In this document: one piece after another, positions 41,701 through 53,700 of the stretch | How positions within the stretch are numbered: the stretch's first letter is position 1 | Layout: every line of letters begins with the position of its first letter | Assembly (NCBI RefSeq): GCF_900230215.1 | Contig: NZ_LT907982.1 | Location: 3,827,568 to 3,891,567 of the forward strand | Direction of reading: 5' to 3' | Origin: Jatrophihabitans sp. GAS493 | GTDB lineage: Bacteria; Actinomycetota; Actinomycetes; Mycobacteriales; Jatrophihabitantaceae | Length of the DNA stretch: 64,000 bases | The notes under the pieces: model-generated | Databases searched by the model: none | What the model was told of the DNA's origin: nothing | What the model saw: the letters and a program-made list of their open reading frames with translations, nothing else | Program-made: the position numbers and the translations under genes

Positions 41701-44700
41701 TGGCGGTGTTGGTGCCGTTGGCCAGCACGTTGACCAGGCCGCTGGAGGCCAGCGCGCCACCACCAGTGGTGGCCGAGACGTTGGCCCCGTTGAGCACTTC
41801 GGCGTCCACCGCCGAGCCGCTGATCGAGCCGAGGCCGATGCCGATCGAGAGTGTGGTCCCCTCCACGGTGTTGGCTCCGGCCGCCTTCACGGTGGCCTGG
41901 TGGGAGGCGAGCACCGCCCCGTTGAGCTGAGCCGCGACCGCAGCGCCGACCTGCGCCTTGGCGAAGAAGATGCCACCGGTGATCAGGCCACCGCTGGTGC
42001 TGGAGACCTTGGCCGCGGCGTAGTTCTGGTGGCCCGCGCCGTCCGGGGTGAGCGTGGCCGACACGAGGACCGTTCCGGTCGAGGTGAGCGCGGTGCTCGC
42101 GGCGACGGTGGCGCTCACCCCAGCTGAGGCCAGCACCTCCGCGTCCACCGAGACGCCGGTGATGCCGACGATGCCGAAGTTCTTCACGTCGACCGTGGCG
42201 ACGGCGGTGTTCTGCCCGCTGGCTGACACGGTGAAGTCACCCGAACTGGTCGTGCCGCCGGAGTAGGAGGCACTGGTCGGCGCGGCGACCTTGGCCGTCG
42301 GCAGCAGCGCGACCAGGTTGATCGCGCCGGCCGCCAGTTGGGACGGGGTGGCGGTGGCGTGATCGGTCGAGGTGGCGGTCACCGAGATGGCGCCGCTGAC
42401 GTGCACCGTGGTCGCGGTCGCGGTGACCGCAGCGGTGACCGAGGCCGAGGATAGGACCTCCGCGTCGGCACCGGCACCGCCGCCGGTGATGAGGCCGATG
42501 GCGACGATCGCCGAGGTGGCGGAGGCGCTGTTGTTCCCGCCGGCACTGACCGTGAAGGAGCCGGCGCTGCCGATCGGGGCGCCGCTGCTGGCCAGGGTGG
42601 CGGCGGCGACGGTTGCGGTCGGGATGCTGACGCTGCCGGAGATGAGGCCGATGTTCGCGGCGTCGGTACTGGCGTTGGCGGTGTTGCCGGAGTTCGCGAA
42701 GACGCCGATCGCCCCGCTGGAGCTGATGCTGCGGGAGCCGATCTGGGCGCTGACCGCCGCGTCCGCGGTGACGCTCGCCGCCACCCCGGCGACCGAGATG
42801 GTGAAGAGCCCGATACCGACCGACTTGGTGCTCGCCTCGGCGTCGTTGGCACCGGCCGCCTTGACGGTGATGCCGGTCGAGGCGGTCACGGCGCCGTTGA
42901 GCGTGGCGGTGACGGCGCCGGCGACGGTTGCCGTGCCGATGTAGACCCCGGCGTCGATGAGGCCGCCGCTGGCGCTCTCCGCGCTGGCCGAGGCGAAGTT
43001 CTGGTGGCCGCTGCCGTCGGCGGTCAGAACGGCCTGGACGGTGACTGCACCGGCGGCGGTGATGGTGGCACTACTCGCGACTGAGGCGGTCACATCCGCC
43101 CGGGCCAGGATCTCGGCGTCCACGATCACGCCGGAGCCACCGGCGAGGTGGAAGCTTGCCACCTTGGCGGTGGCGATGGCGACGTTCTGCCCGTTCGCCC
43201 CGACCAGGAAGGCGCCGGAGGTGGTGACGCCACCGTTGAAGGCGGCGTTGGTGTGCGCACCGACCTTGGCCGTCGGGGTCAGCGCCGAGAGGGTGTAGCC
43301 GCCCACCGCGACCTGCGACGGGGTGGCGGTGGCGCGGTTGGTGGAGGTCGCCGTGACGGAGACCGTGCCGGCACCGGCGTTCACCGTGGTGGAGCTGTCA
43401 TCGACGAGGGCGTCGACGGCGGCGGCACTGGTGATCTCGGCGTCGGATCCGGCGTAGCCGCCGACGATGAAGCCGACCTCGATGATCTCCGACGTGGCCG
43501 TCGCGTTGTTGGTGGCGGTGGCGGCGACGCTCAGACCCTGGCTCTTGAGCACATCACCGAACTCGGCGTGGGTGCGTCCGGCGATCGTGGCGATCGGGAT
43601 GGTGCCACCGGCGCTGATGATCCCGACGCCGGCGGTGTCGGTGTCGGCGGTGGCGGTGTTGTGCGAGGTGGCGGAGACGGCGACCGCGCCGGACGAGGTC
43701 ACCGTCCCGCCGAGGATGGTGGCATCGGTGACCGCGCTACCGGCGATGAGCGCCTGGATGCCGGAGACCGAGACCCCGAAGGCGCCGAGCGCGAAACTCT
43801 TGGTCTGGCCGTCGGCCCGGTTGCCGCCGCCGGCCGAGACCTTCACGCTGCCCGAGTTACTGACGTTGCCGTTCAGTTGCGCGGTGACGGCCGCCGCGAC
43901 GATGGCCTGGGCGATGAAGACACCGATCGAGATGCCGCCGCCGGCGCCGGAGAAGATGCGAGTGCGGGCGTAGTCGGCGTTGCCGGCGGCGTCCGGCGTG
44001 GAGGCGGCGTTGACGCTGACCAGACCGGTCGAGGCGATGGTGCTGGACTTGTTCACGGTGGCCCGGATCGCGGCCTGTGAGGTCACCTCGGCGTCGGCGT
44101 CGACGCCGCTGAGGCCGCCGACGGAGATGCTGATGATGGTTGCCTCGGCGTCGGCCTGGTTCTGCCCGGCGGCGCTGACGGTGATCGAACCGGACGCGGT
44201 GATCTGCCCGTCGACGGTCGCGGTCGTCGAACCGTTGACAGTGGCGGTCGGCAGTAGCGCGCCGATCGTGATGCCGCCGGCCGTCCCACCCGGGGTGGTC
44301 GCGGTGGCGTGGTTCTGCGAGGTGGCCCCGACGGTGACCGCGCCGCCGGCGGCGATGTTCGCGAAGGTGGTGAAGCTGGCGGCGGTGGTGCGGTTCTCGG
44401 TCGCGGTTGCGATGGTGAGCCCGGCGGCAAACCCACCGGCCTTCACGTTCAGGACGAACGCGCTGACGGTATTCGTCCCACCCGCGGTAACCGAGACGCT
44501 GCCGGCGACCGGGCCGTGGCCGCCGAAGGAGGCGGCCGTGGTTCCCTCGATGGTGGTTATCGCCACGCCGGCCCCGACCCCCACCGCACCGACGCCGATC
44601 GAGTAGGCGATGGCCGGGGCGCTGATCGTCGAGTTGGCCGAGACATTCACCGCGCCGACCGGCGAGGCCGAGCCGATCGAGACGTTGCCGATGGTGGCGG

Positions 44701-47700
44701 TGGTATTGCCATCGATGCTGGCCACGGCGACGGCCGCCCCGACGGCGATCGCTCCGATCTGGCCACCGATCGCGCTCGGGGTGACGCTCCGGTTGCCGAT
44801 CGCGGCGACGGTGACGCTTCCGCCAGCCTGCGGGATCGTCGCGTTGTCGTCGATGTGGGCGTTCTGATCGCTGTGGTCGTTGATCACCGCGATCTGGCCG
44901 CCGACCGCCACCGCACCGGCCTGGCCGCCGAAGGCGAGTCCGGAGGAGGTCTCGTTGGTCGAGGCGATGACGGCGACGTCACCGCCGGCCGAGATGCTCG
45001 CGTTCGAGCCGATCGAGGCGTCGGCGTGACTGTCGACGTTGGCGATCACCAGCGAGAGGCCGATGCCGACGAAGCCGCCCGCGGCGCTGCCGGCTAGGCC
45101 GGCGAAGCCGAAGTTCTCCAATGCGGCGACGGCGACGCTGCCGCCGGCGACGATCGTCACGCCTTGGCTGATGGCCGCCACTGTGCCTTCGGGGAGGCCG
45201 GGATTGGTGACGCCGCCGCTGATCTGGCCGGCGGTGGGCGCGTTGCTCTGGATTGAACTGGTGGCGTCAGCGGTGTGGTTCTTGATCAGCGTGTTGCTGC
45301 GACTGGTCGAGCTGCCCGAGGTCCCGCTGAGGATGCCCTGGAATCCGCCCGAGCCGGTGGCCTGGGTGTCGGCCTCGCCCTGCGGATCGCCATTGGAGGA
45401 GAGCCCGTTGGTCGATGGCCCGGGGCCGTTGCTGTAGTTCGGGTTGGGCTGGGTGCCGATCGTCCAGACCGAGACCGAACCCGCCGCCCCGACGAACCCG
45501 CCGCCGACACTCACCGCGTAGCTGGCGATGTCCTTGGCCGCGAGGGCGTACACGCCGACGTTGTTCCTGGCGTGGACGGTGGCGTAGAGGCCGAGGTAGG
45601 CCTTGGTGGTGGTGTCGACGACGCCCACGTCGACGCCGCCGGCGATGCCGACCGCTCCCCCGGCCAGCGCTCCGGCGATGGTCAGCGTCTTGGTGAAGTC
45701 GGCGGCGGAGACGTTGACCGACTGGGCCGCCCCGGCCCCGGCCTTGGTGTTGACCAGCGTCGGTGCCTGCGCGTTGCTGTCGATGAACGCGATCGTGGTG
45801 GCGTGCAGCAGCGTGATCCCGATGCCGCCGGCGACGCCGACGAAGCCACCGGCCAGGCCGAGGGTGAGACCGAAGATGTCCTCGCTGGAGCCGGCCTGGA
45901 CGGCGAGGCCGTTGAACGGCGCCGTGACGAAGTTGTTTCCGTTGAGCTGGCCGGCGTAGATCGCAGCCAGGGTGACACCGGGCTGGGTGGCCAGCGCGTC
46001 GACGGTACTGCCCGCGCTGATGAAGGCCTGAGTGTCCTTCGTCGCCAGGGTGACTCCTACCCCGGCGCCGATGCCGACGATGCCACCGGCGACCCCACCG
46101 GCCACCATGATCACCTTGGTGTCGTCGCGGGCGGCGACGAGCAGGTTGTTGCCGGCGGTGATCGTGTCGCCGAAGCCGGTGTCGGCGTAGGTGTGCGTGT
46201 TCAGCGAGATCACCGAGACGGCGCCGGCGATACCGGCGATACCGCCGCCGCCGGCCAGGGCCACTGAGACGATGCTGTCCTTGGCGCTGGCGTTGACGAC
46301 GATGTCCTGCGCCGCGTTGACGGTGCTCTGCGCTCCGATGTAGGCGTTGGTGTTGAGGTGGATGAGCCCGACCGAGGCGCTCGGCGCGACCCCGGCGTAC
46401 AGGCCGACGGCCAGCACTCCGGAGACCATCAGCTGGTGGTAGTCGTTGCCCGCCGCAACCAGCACCGACTGGCTGGTGCTCGCGCCACTGTTGGCTGCGT
46501 TGATGGTCGCGAACTTACCGATAAACGCGTCGGTGTTGCTGGTGACGACATTGACGCTGCCGCCGACGCTCACGCTGGCCCCGGCCGAGATCGCTCCGCT
46601 GATCCCGACCCCGGAGATGTCGTCGCTGTTGCTGGCGGTGACTGCGATGCCGCGGAATCCACTTCGGCTTCCGTTGAGGACTGTGTGGATTCCGGTGACC
46701 TGCGCGGCGTTGCCCGAGGGAGTGCTCCCCGAGGGGACGATGCTGTGCGAGCGCCCAGCCCCGGCGGCCGCGGCGTTGAGTGTGATCGCCTGCTGGGCGA
46801 TGCCCGAGCAGGTGCCGGTGGCCTGGCACTTCGTGGCGGCGAGCTGGATGGTGTGGGCGCCGGTGACGATCGCGTAGTACGTGTGACCGTCGACCAGCCC
46901 GCCGATCGGAGCCTCGCTCCCCGAGCCGTAGACGACCGCGTCGCCGGTGTTCAGCGTCATGTCGTAGGGCAGGTTGATCGAGTTGCCGACCACGTCCAGC
47001 GACGGGGTGAAGTAGGGCGAGCTGTTCTGCGGGGTCACCGCCGAGTTGGTGGCGACCAGTCGCTGCGACTCGCCGCCTCGGGCCGGCGCAGTGAGGGTGA
47101 TGGCCGGGCCGCCGGAGGTTGCCGACAGCTGCACCTCGGTCGGGGAGATGACGTGCACGTAGTAGGGGGTGCCGCCGGTGAGACCGATGATGTTCTGGCC
47201 GCCGCCGTTGTCGTAGATGACCTGCTGCCCCTCGGTGAAGCCATGCAGGTAGCCCAGGTTCAGGGTGCGGTGATCACTCTCGACGGCGGTCGTCGGGGCA
47301 AAGCGGATGTCGGTGTACTGCTCGTCGTGGGTGCCGGTGGCGACGGTGAGGCTGGCGTCGTTGGTGGCCAGTGCGTTGACCGTGGAGTCATCGCCGATGA
47401 AGGCGGTCGTGGTCTTGTTGACGATCGGCACCGCGCCGGCCGCACCGACCGCGGCCGAGCCCGACACCGAGAGGTTGCCGGCAACGACGGCCAGCGTGAG
47501 CTGCTCATTGGCCGAGACGCGCGCGCTGCCGTGCGTATTGATCGTCGAGCGGAAGCCGGCACAGGCCGCCGGTGTCCCGGCCTCGCAGAGGCCGCCGATG
47601 AAGGCCTTCGTCACGATGGTGAAGACGGAGACGGCGGCGTTCACGCTCACCGCGACTGAACCGCCGAGGCTGACGCTGGCCGAGACCGAGGTGACCTTCT

Positions 47701-50700
47701 CGCTCGAGGTCGAGTCGACGGTGACGTTGCCGTTGGCGTTGGCAACGACGCCCGTCGCGATCCAGGCCTGGGTGTCCTTGCTCAGCGTCTCGACGTCGAC
47801 GCCGGCTCCGATGCCGGCCGACCCACCCGCGGCCAGCGCACCGGCGATGCCGAGGATCGTCGTGGTGTCCGTGGCGGCCAGCGCGATGCCGTTGGTCGAG
47901 GAGGCGCCGCTGTTGTTGCCGTTGACGGTTACGCCGCTGTCCACGTGGGCGTGGGTCGAGTCGTCCAGGACGTCCACGGTGGCCGACCCGGCGACTCCCG
48001 CGTCACCACCCGCCGAGCCGCCGATGGCGAAGATCTTGATGCCCTCGTTCTGGCTGGCCCGGACCGACAGGCCGCTGTTGCCCTTGGCCTCGATGTCGCT
48101 GCCGGCGCCGACGTAGGCGTCGACGTAGCCGCTGCGGATGAGGATGGAGGAGGAGATCCCGACTCCGGCGCTGCCGCCGATGGTGACGTTGCCGGCGTAG
48201 AGGCCGAGGTCGGAGGCGTCGTCGGAGGCGGCCAAGGCCACGTTGCCACCGGCATGCACGATCGTCGACTGGCTACCGTTGCCCTCGATGTAGGCCCGCG
48301 TGCCTGGTGGCACATCCCCTTCACCGCTGCCCTGGTTCATCACCAGCACGATGAAGGAACCGGCCACCGCGGCTTCGGTGGAGGCGGCGGCGTCGACCGA
48401 GATCTCGGTGACCTTCTCCCCGGCCGTCGCACCGATGGCGATGTCGCCCCCAACCGTGACGTGCGCCCCCTGGCCGATGAAGGAGCGGACGTCCTTGTTG
48501 ATCACGTCGACGACCAGGCCGAGCCCGACCCCGACGTCACCGCCGGAGAGGGCGACCGCACCGGCGAGGTTCACCAGGGAGGTCTGGTCGCTGGAGGTGA
48601 TGGAGAGCGACTGCCCGGGCGTGGCCGGGCCGGCCTGGTTCACCAGCGCGGCGGCGGCGATGTAGGCCTGGGTCGCCAGGTTGATGACGTCCACGATCAC
48701 CGAGCCGCCGATGGCGACCCCACTGGTGCCGGCCGCGCCCGCGATGGCTACCGAGCTCACCGCCGGCGGGGTGATCTTCGGGATGTCGGGCACCAGCGGG
48801 CTGATCGACTGGGCCGCGTTGAGGCTCATCGCGCCACCGGCATCGATCCGGGTGACCGCCGTCGTCGAGGAGTCGATGTAGGTGCGGGTGCTGATGTCGA
48901 TGATGTTCACCGCGACCGCCGCGCCGACCCCGGCGTCGCCGCCGAGGGAGAGCGCCCCCGACGCGGCAATGTTCTGCAGGCCGAGCGGGGCGGTGGAGTT
49001 CATCGTCAGCGCGCCGGTGAGGGTGACGTGCGAGCCGCTGCCGATCGAGGCGGTGCTGTGGAAGGTGATCACCTGAACGCCGACGGAACCAGCGACGCTG
49101 GCGTCCCCGTCGCCTCCAGCCGCGGCGATCCCCCACACCACGAAGTCGTTCTCGGCCCGGTCGGGTGTCACCGCGCTGACGACCAGGCTGGAGCCGGTGA
49201 TGGTGGCGCCGGTGCCGATCGAACCGCTGTTGGTGACGCTGGCGACGTTGAGCCCGACTGCGGCGCCGATGTTCGTGCTGCCGAGCTTCAGCGCGATCCC
49301 CATCGCCTTGCCGGTCGCGTCGGTCTCGTTGGTGGCGGCGACGATGACCGCCCCGGTGCTGAGGATGGAGAGGCCGGGAGCGACCGAGGCCGTGTTGGAG
49401 TCGGTGACCCAGTTGACGCTCACCGCCGCGCCGACACCGACCCCGGAGCCGCTGTTGCCCGACTGCGAACTGGCCTGGCTGTTACCGGAGGCCACGTTGT
49501 CGCTGGCGGACGGGAGCGTCCCGGTCTGCCCGCTGGTGCTCGGGGTGTTGTTGACCTGGCTGCTGGCCTGCTGGTCGGAGTTGCTGCCACTGCCCTTCTG
49601 CGAACCCTGGGCGCTGGCTGTCACGTTGGCCGCGCCCGAGTCCTGCGTCGTCGCGGTGATCGCGACCGATGCGCCGCTGAGGTTGCGGGCGGTCGCAGCC
49701 AGGGTGGTGTCGGTGACGACGTTCACCGCGATGATCGCGCCGACGGCGACGCTGTCGCTGGCCGCCTTCGCGTCGCCGGTGATCGTGCTGGAGCCGGTGT
49801 GCGTGGCCCGGATCTGGATGTCGCCGGTCGCGGCGAGCAATCCGGTGCCGGGGGCGCCGAGCCGGGCCGTGGTGACGTTGGTGGTGATGTTGATACCGAC
49901 GGCCGGGCTGACCGCCACCGAGCTCCCGGCGGAGCCGGCGGTGACCTGGTTGACGACCGGCTCGGCGGAGGTCGCGAGCAGGGTGACGTTGCGGCCGCCG
50001 GTGAGGCTGGCGTTGTCCTCCACCTCGGCCCGGGTGATGTTTGTGGTGAGGACGTTGATGGCTACCGAGGCTCCGACGCCGACCTTCCCGCCGCCGCCGA
50101 TGCTGGCGTCGGCCTTGGCCTTGGCGCTGTCGGAGCGAAGGTTCTGCGCGACCAGCGAGATGTCGCCGGTGCCGGCGCCAACCGTGGCCGTCGTGGTGAC
50201 GAAGGCTTCGGTGCGGTCGGTGACCAGGTTCAGTGAGACGGCGCCGGCGACCCCGACGTCCTTCGATCCGGCGCCCGCGTCGGCCTCGACATCGAAGGTG
50301 TGCACCGTGTCGCCGTTGAGGTTGGTCATCGTCGACTCGGCGTCGAAGCCGTTGCTGGTGACCTTGCTGAGGCGTCCGATCGAGGCCTGGTTGGTGATGG
50401 TGACCAGGTTGATCGAGACGGCCGCACCGACACCGACGTCCTCGGCCTTCACCGCGGTGCCGTCGGACTTGACCGTCCCGTCGACGTTCTCCGACGTGCG
50501 CAGGCTGACCACGCCACCGGCGATGAGCGTGAGCGACGCGGGCAGGGTCGCGGTGGCGCTGACGTCGGCGATGTTGAGGGCGACCGCCGCGGCGACCGCG
50601 ATCTTGCCGTCGGAGGTGGAGGCCGATGGGGACGCGCTGGTGCCGGTGCCGCCGCCGCCGTTGGCCGTGTCGGTGTCGGTGGCGTTGCTCCGCTCGGTCG

Positions 50701-53700
50701 CCACCTGACTGTCGACCCCACCCGACGGTGCACCGCTGGAGGACTTGCCCGGGGCACCGCTGGCCGACGCGCTGGCGATGGCGGAGTCGACCGAGGAACC
50801 GAAGGCGGAGAAGGCGATCGCCCCACCGGCAGTGATGTTGCGTCCGGTGGTCGAAGTGACGCTGTGCTTGAGCAGGTTGAGAGCGAGACCGACCCCGATG
50901 GAGGCAGTGCTGCCACCGGTGGCCACCGCGCCGGCGGTGGTGGCGGCCCCGGCCGTCTGGCTGGCGTTGGCCGCGAAGGCACCGCTGAGGGCGATGGTGC
51001 CATTGCCCGGCAGCGTTCCGATGGAGGTGGTCGTGGTGACCGTGGAGAGCGTGACCGCGACCGCCGGCGTGATGTCGACCTTGCCTCCGGCAGCGCCCAT
51101 CTTCGCTTCGGTGGTGGCCAGATCTGCCGCCGTCGCCGTGAGCGTGAGGTTGCGGGCGCCGGTGAGCACGATCCCGTCATTGAGCTTGGACGAGGTGAGA
51201 TCGGTGATGAGGTTGAGCGCGACGCTGGCCCCGATGCCGACGCTGGTCGCGGTGACCCCGCCGACGGTCGGCTCGGCGGTGGCCCTCGAGACCGCGTTAC
51301 TGGCCGAGATGATTGAAGCGTCGCCGCCGGTCAGGGTGACGGTGCCGTCGATGAGGGCGGTGGTCGTCTGGTTGACGATGTTCAGGCCGAGCGCGCCGGC
51401 TACCGAGACCTTGCCACCGCCGGCACCGGCCACCGCGTCGGCGCCGTAGGTCGACTGGGTGTCCGGTGCGCCCTGCGGCCGGATGACGCTGGTCACGGTG
51501 GCGCTGACGGTGATGTCGTGGGCAGTGACGCTGTTGTTCCCGGTTGGCAGGGATGCGGTGTTGGTGACGTTGGCCAGGTTGATCGCCACCCCGGCACCGA
51601 TGGTGACGGTGGTGCCCTTGGTGGCTGAGCCGTCCGCACCGGCGGCGGCATCCGTGTTGGCCGAACTGGCCAAAGTGACCAGACCGCCAGAGGTCAGCAC
51701 GAGGTTGGTACCGACCAGAGTGGCCAGCGAACTCGTCGTCGCCAGGTTGACTCCGATCGCCGCGGCAACACTGACCTTCCCGCCGGAGGTCGACGCGGTC
51801 GGAGCGGTCGCCGGGCCCGACCCCTTGCCGCCGTTGGCCGTTGCAGTGGAGTCGGCATTGCTCCGCTCACTCGCGACCTGGTTATCGACACCGGAGCCCC
51901 CGCTGCCCCCACTTCCGCTGTTCTCCGGCGCACCCGCCGCCGACGCACTCGCGATCGCGTTACTGGCCGAACTCCCGAACGCGCTCAACGTCAAGTTCCC
52001 ACCGGCCTTGATCGACCTCGCCGTGGTCGCCGAGACCGCATGATTCGCAATAGTCAACGCCAGGCCAACACCGACCGCAGCCGTCGACGCACCGGTCGCC
52101 GTCGCCCCGGCACTGGTCAATGCACTTGCCGTCTGACTGGCATTGGCGGCGAAGGCACCGGTGAGCGTGAGTAGCGTCCCAGTAGCGATCGTCGCGGAGG
52201 TGGTGACGTTGGAGATCGTGATCGCGACCGCGGGAGTGATGTCGACCTTGCCCCCGGCTGCGCCCATCTTCGCTGCCGTAGTCGCCAGATCGGTAGCAGC
52301 GGCGGTGAGGGTGATGTTGCGGGCGCCGGAGATCGGGATGTTGTCGACGAGGGTCGCCGACGTGGTGTCGGTGATGAGGTCGAGGGCGACGCTGGCCCCG
52401 ATGCCGACGCTGGTCGCGGTAACCCCACTGACGGTCGGGAACGCGGTCACCGTCGAGGCGGCGCTGCTTCCCGCGGTCATCGTCGCGTCGCCGCCGAGCA
52501 GCGTCACCGGCGACGCCACCTGAGCGGTGGTCGTCTGGTTGACGATGTTCAGCGCCAGCGACCCGGCGACCGAGATCTTCCCGCCACCGGCACCCGCCAC
52601 CGACGCCGCGCCATACGTGGACTGGGTGTCGGTTCCGACCGTGGTCTCGGTCGCGCTCACCGTCAGATCATGGGCAGTCGCCGAGTTGCCGGCCGGGAGC
52701 AGAGCAGTGTTCGTCACGTTCGCGAGGTTGATCGCGACGCCGGCGCCGATGGTGACGGTGGTGCCCTTGGTGGCTGAACCGTCCGCGCCGGCGGCGGCGT
52801 CGGTGTTGGCCGACGATGCCAGAGTGAGAATGCCACCAGAGTTCAGAACGAGGTTGGTACCGATCAGAGTGGCCAGCGAACTGGTCGTCGCCAGGTTGAC
52901 TCCGATCGCCGCGGCAACACTGACCTTCCCGCCGGATGTCGACGCGCTCGGTGCAGTTGCCGGGCCCGACCCCTTGCCGCCGTTGGCCGTTGCCGTGGAG
53001 TCGGCGTTGGAGCGTTCGCTCGCGACCTGGTTGTCGACACCGGAGCCCCCGCTGCCGCCGCTGCCGCTGTTCTCCGGCGCACCCGCCGCCGAGGCGCTGG
53101 CGATCGCATTACTCGCCGAGGAACCGAATGCACCGAGCGTCAGGTTTCCACCGGCCTTGATCGACCTCGCCGTGGTCGCCGACACCGAATGATTCGCGAC
53201 CGTCAGAGCCAGACCCACCCCGACTGCCGCGGTCGACGCACCGGTCGCCGTCGCCCCGGCACTGGTCAGGGCGCTGGCCGTCTGCGTCGCGTTCGCCGCA
53301 AACGCGCCGGTGAGGATCAGGACGCCATTGCCCGTCAGCAAACCAAGCGATGCGGTTGTCGTGACGTTGGAGATCGTGATCGCTACCGCCGGGGTGATGT
53401 CGACCTTGCCGCCCGCGGCACCCATCTTGGCTGCCGTGCTGGCCAGGTCGATGGCGGTGGCCCCGAGCGTGACGTTCCGCGCTCCGGTGAGCGTCACGTT
53501 GTCGGGCAGGCTGGCCGAGGTGACGTCAGTGATCAGGTCGAGCGCCACGCTGGCCCCGATCCCGACGCTGGTCGCGGTAACCCCACCGACGGTCGGGAAC
53601 GCCGACACGGTCGAGGCGGCGCTGCTTGCCGCGGTGAGTGTGGCGTCGCCACCGGTGAGCGTGACCGGCCCGGCGACCAGCGCGGTCGTGGTCTGGTTGA

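Noticed and set aside
32864-50236. Long plus-strand ORFs inside the giant gene (e.g. 32864..36271 1135 aa, 37241..39034 597 aa, 47945..50236 763 aa, 43148..44080, 46358..47659)
   Set aside because: They are antisense to the single continuous minus-strand frame. Their translations are Arg/Gly/Asp-rich low complexity typical of GC-rich antisense frames. They are fragmented by stops, whereas the minus frame is not.
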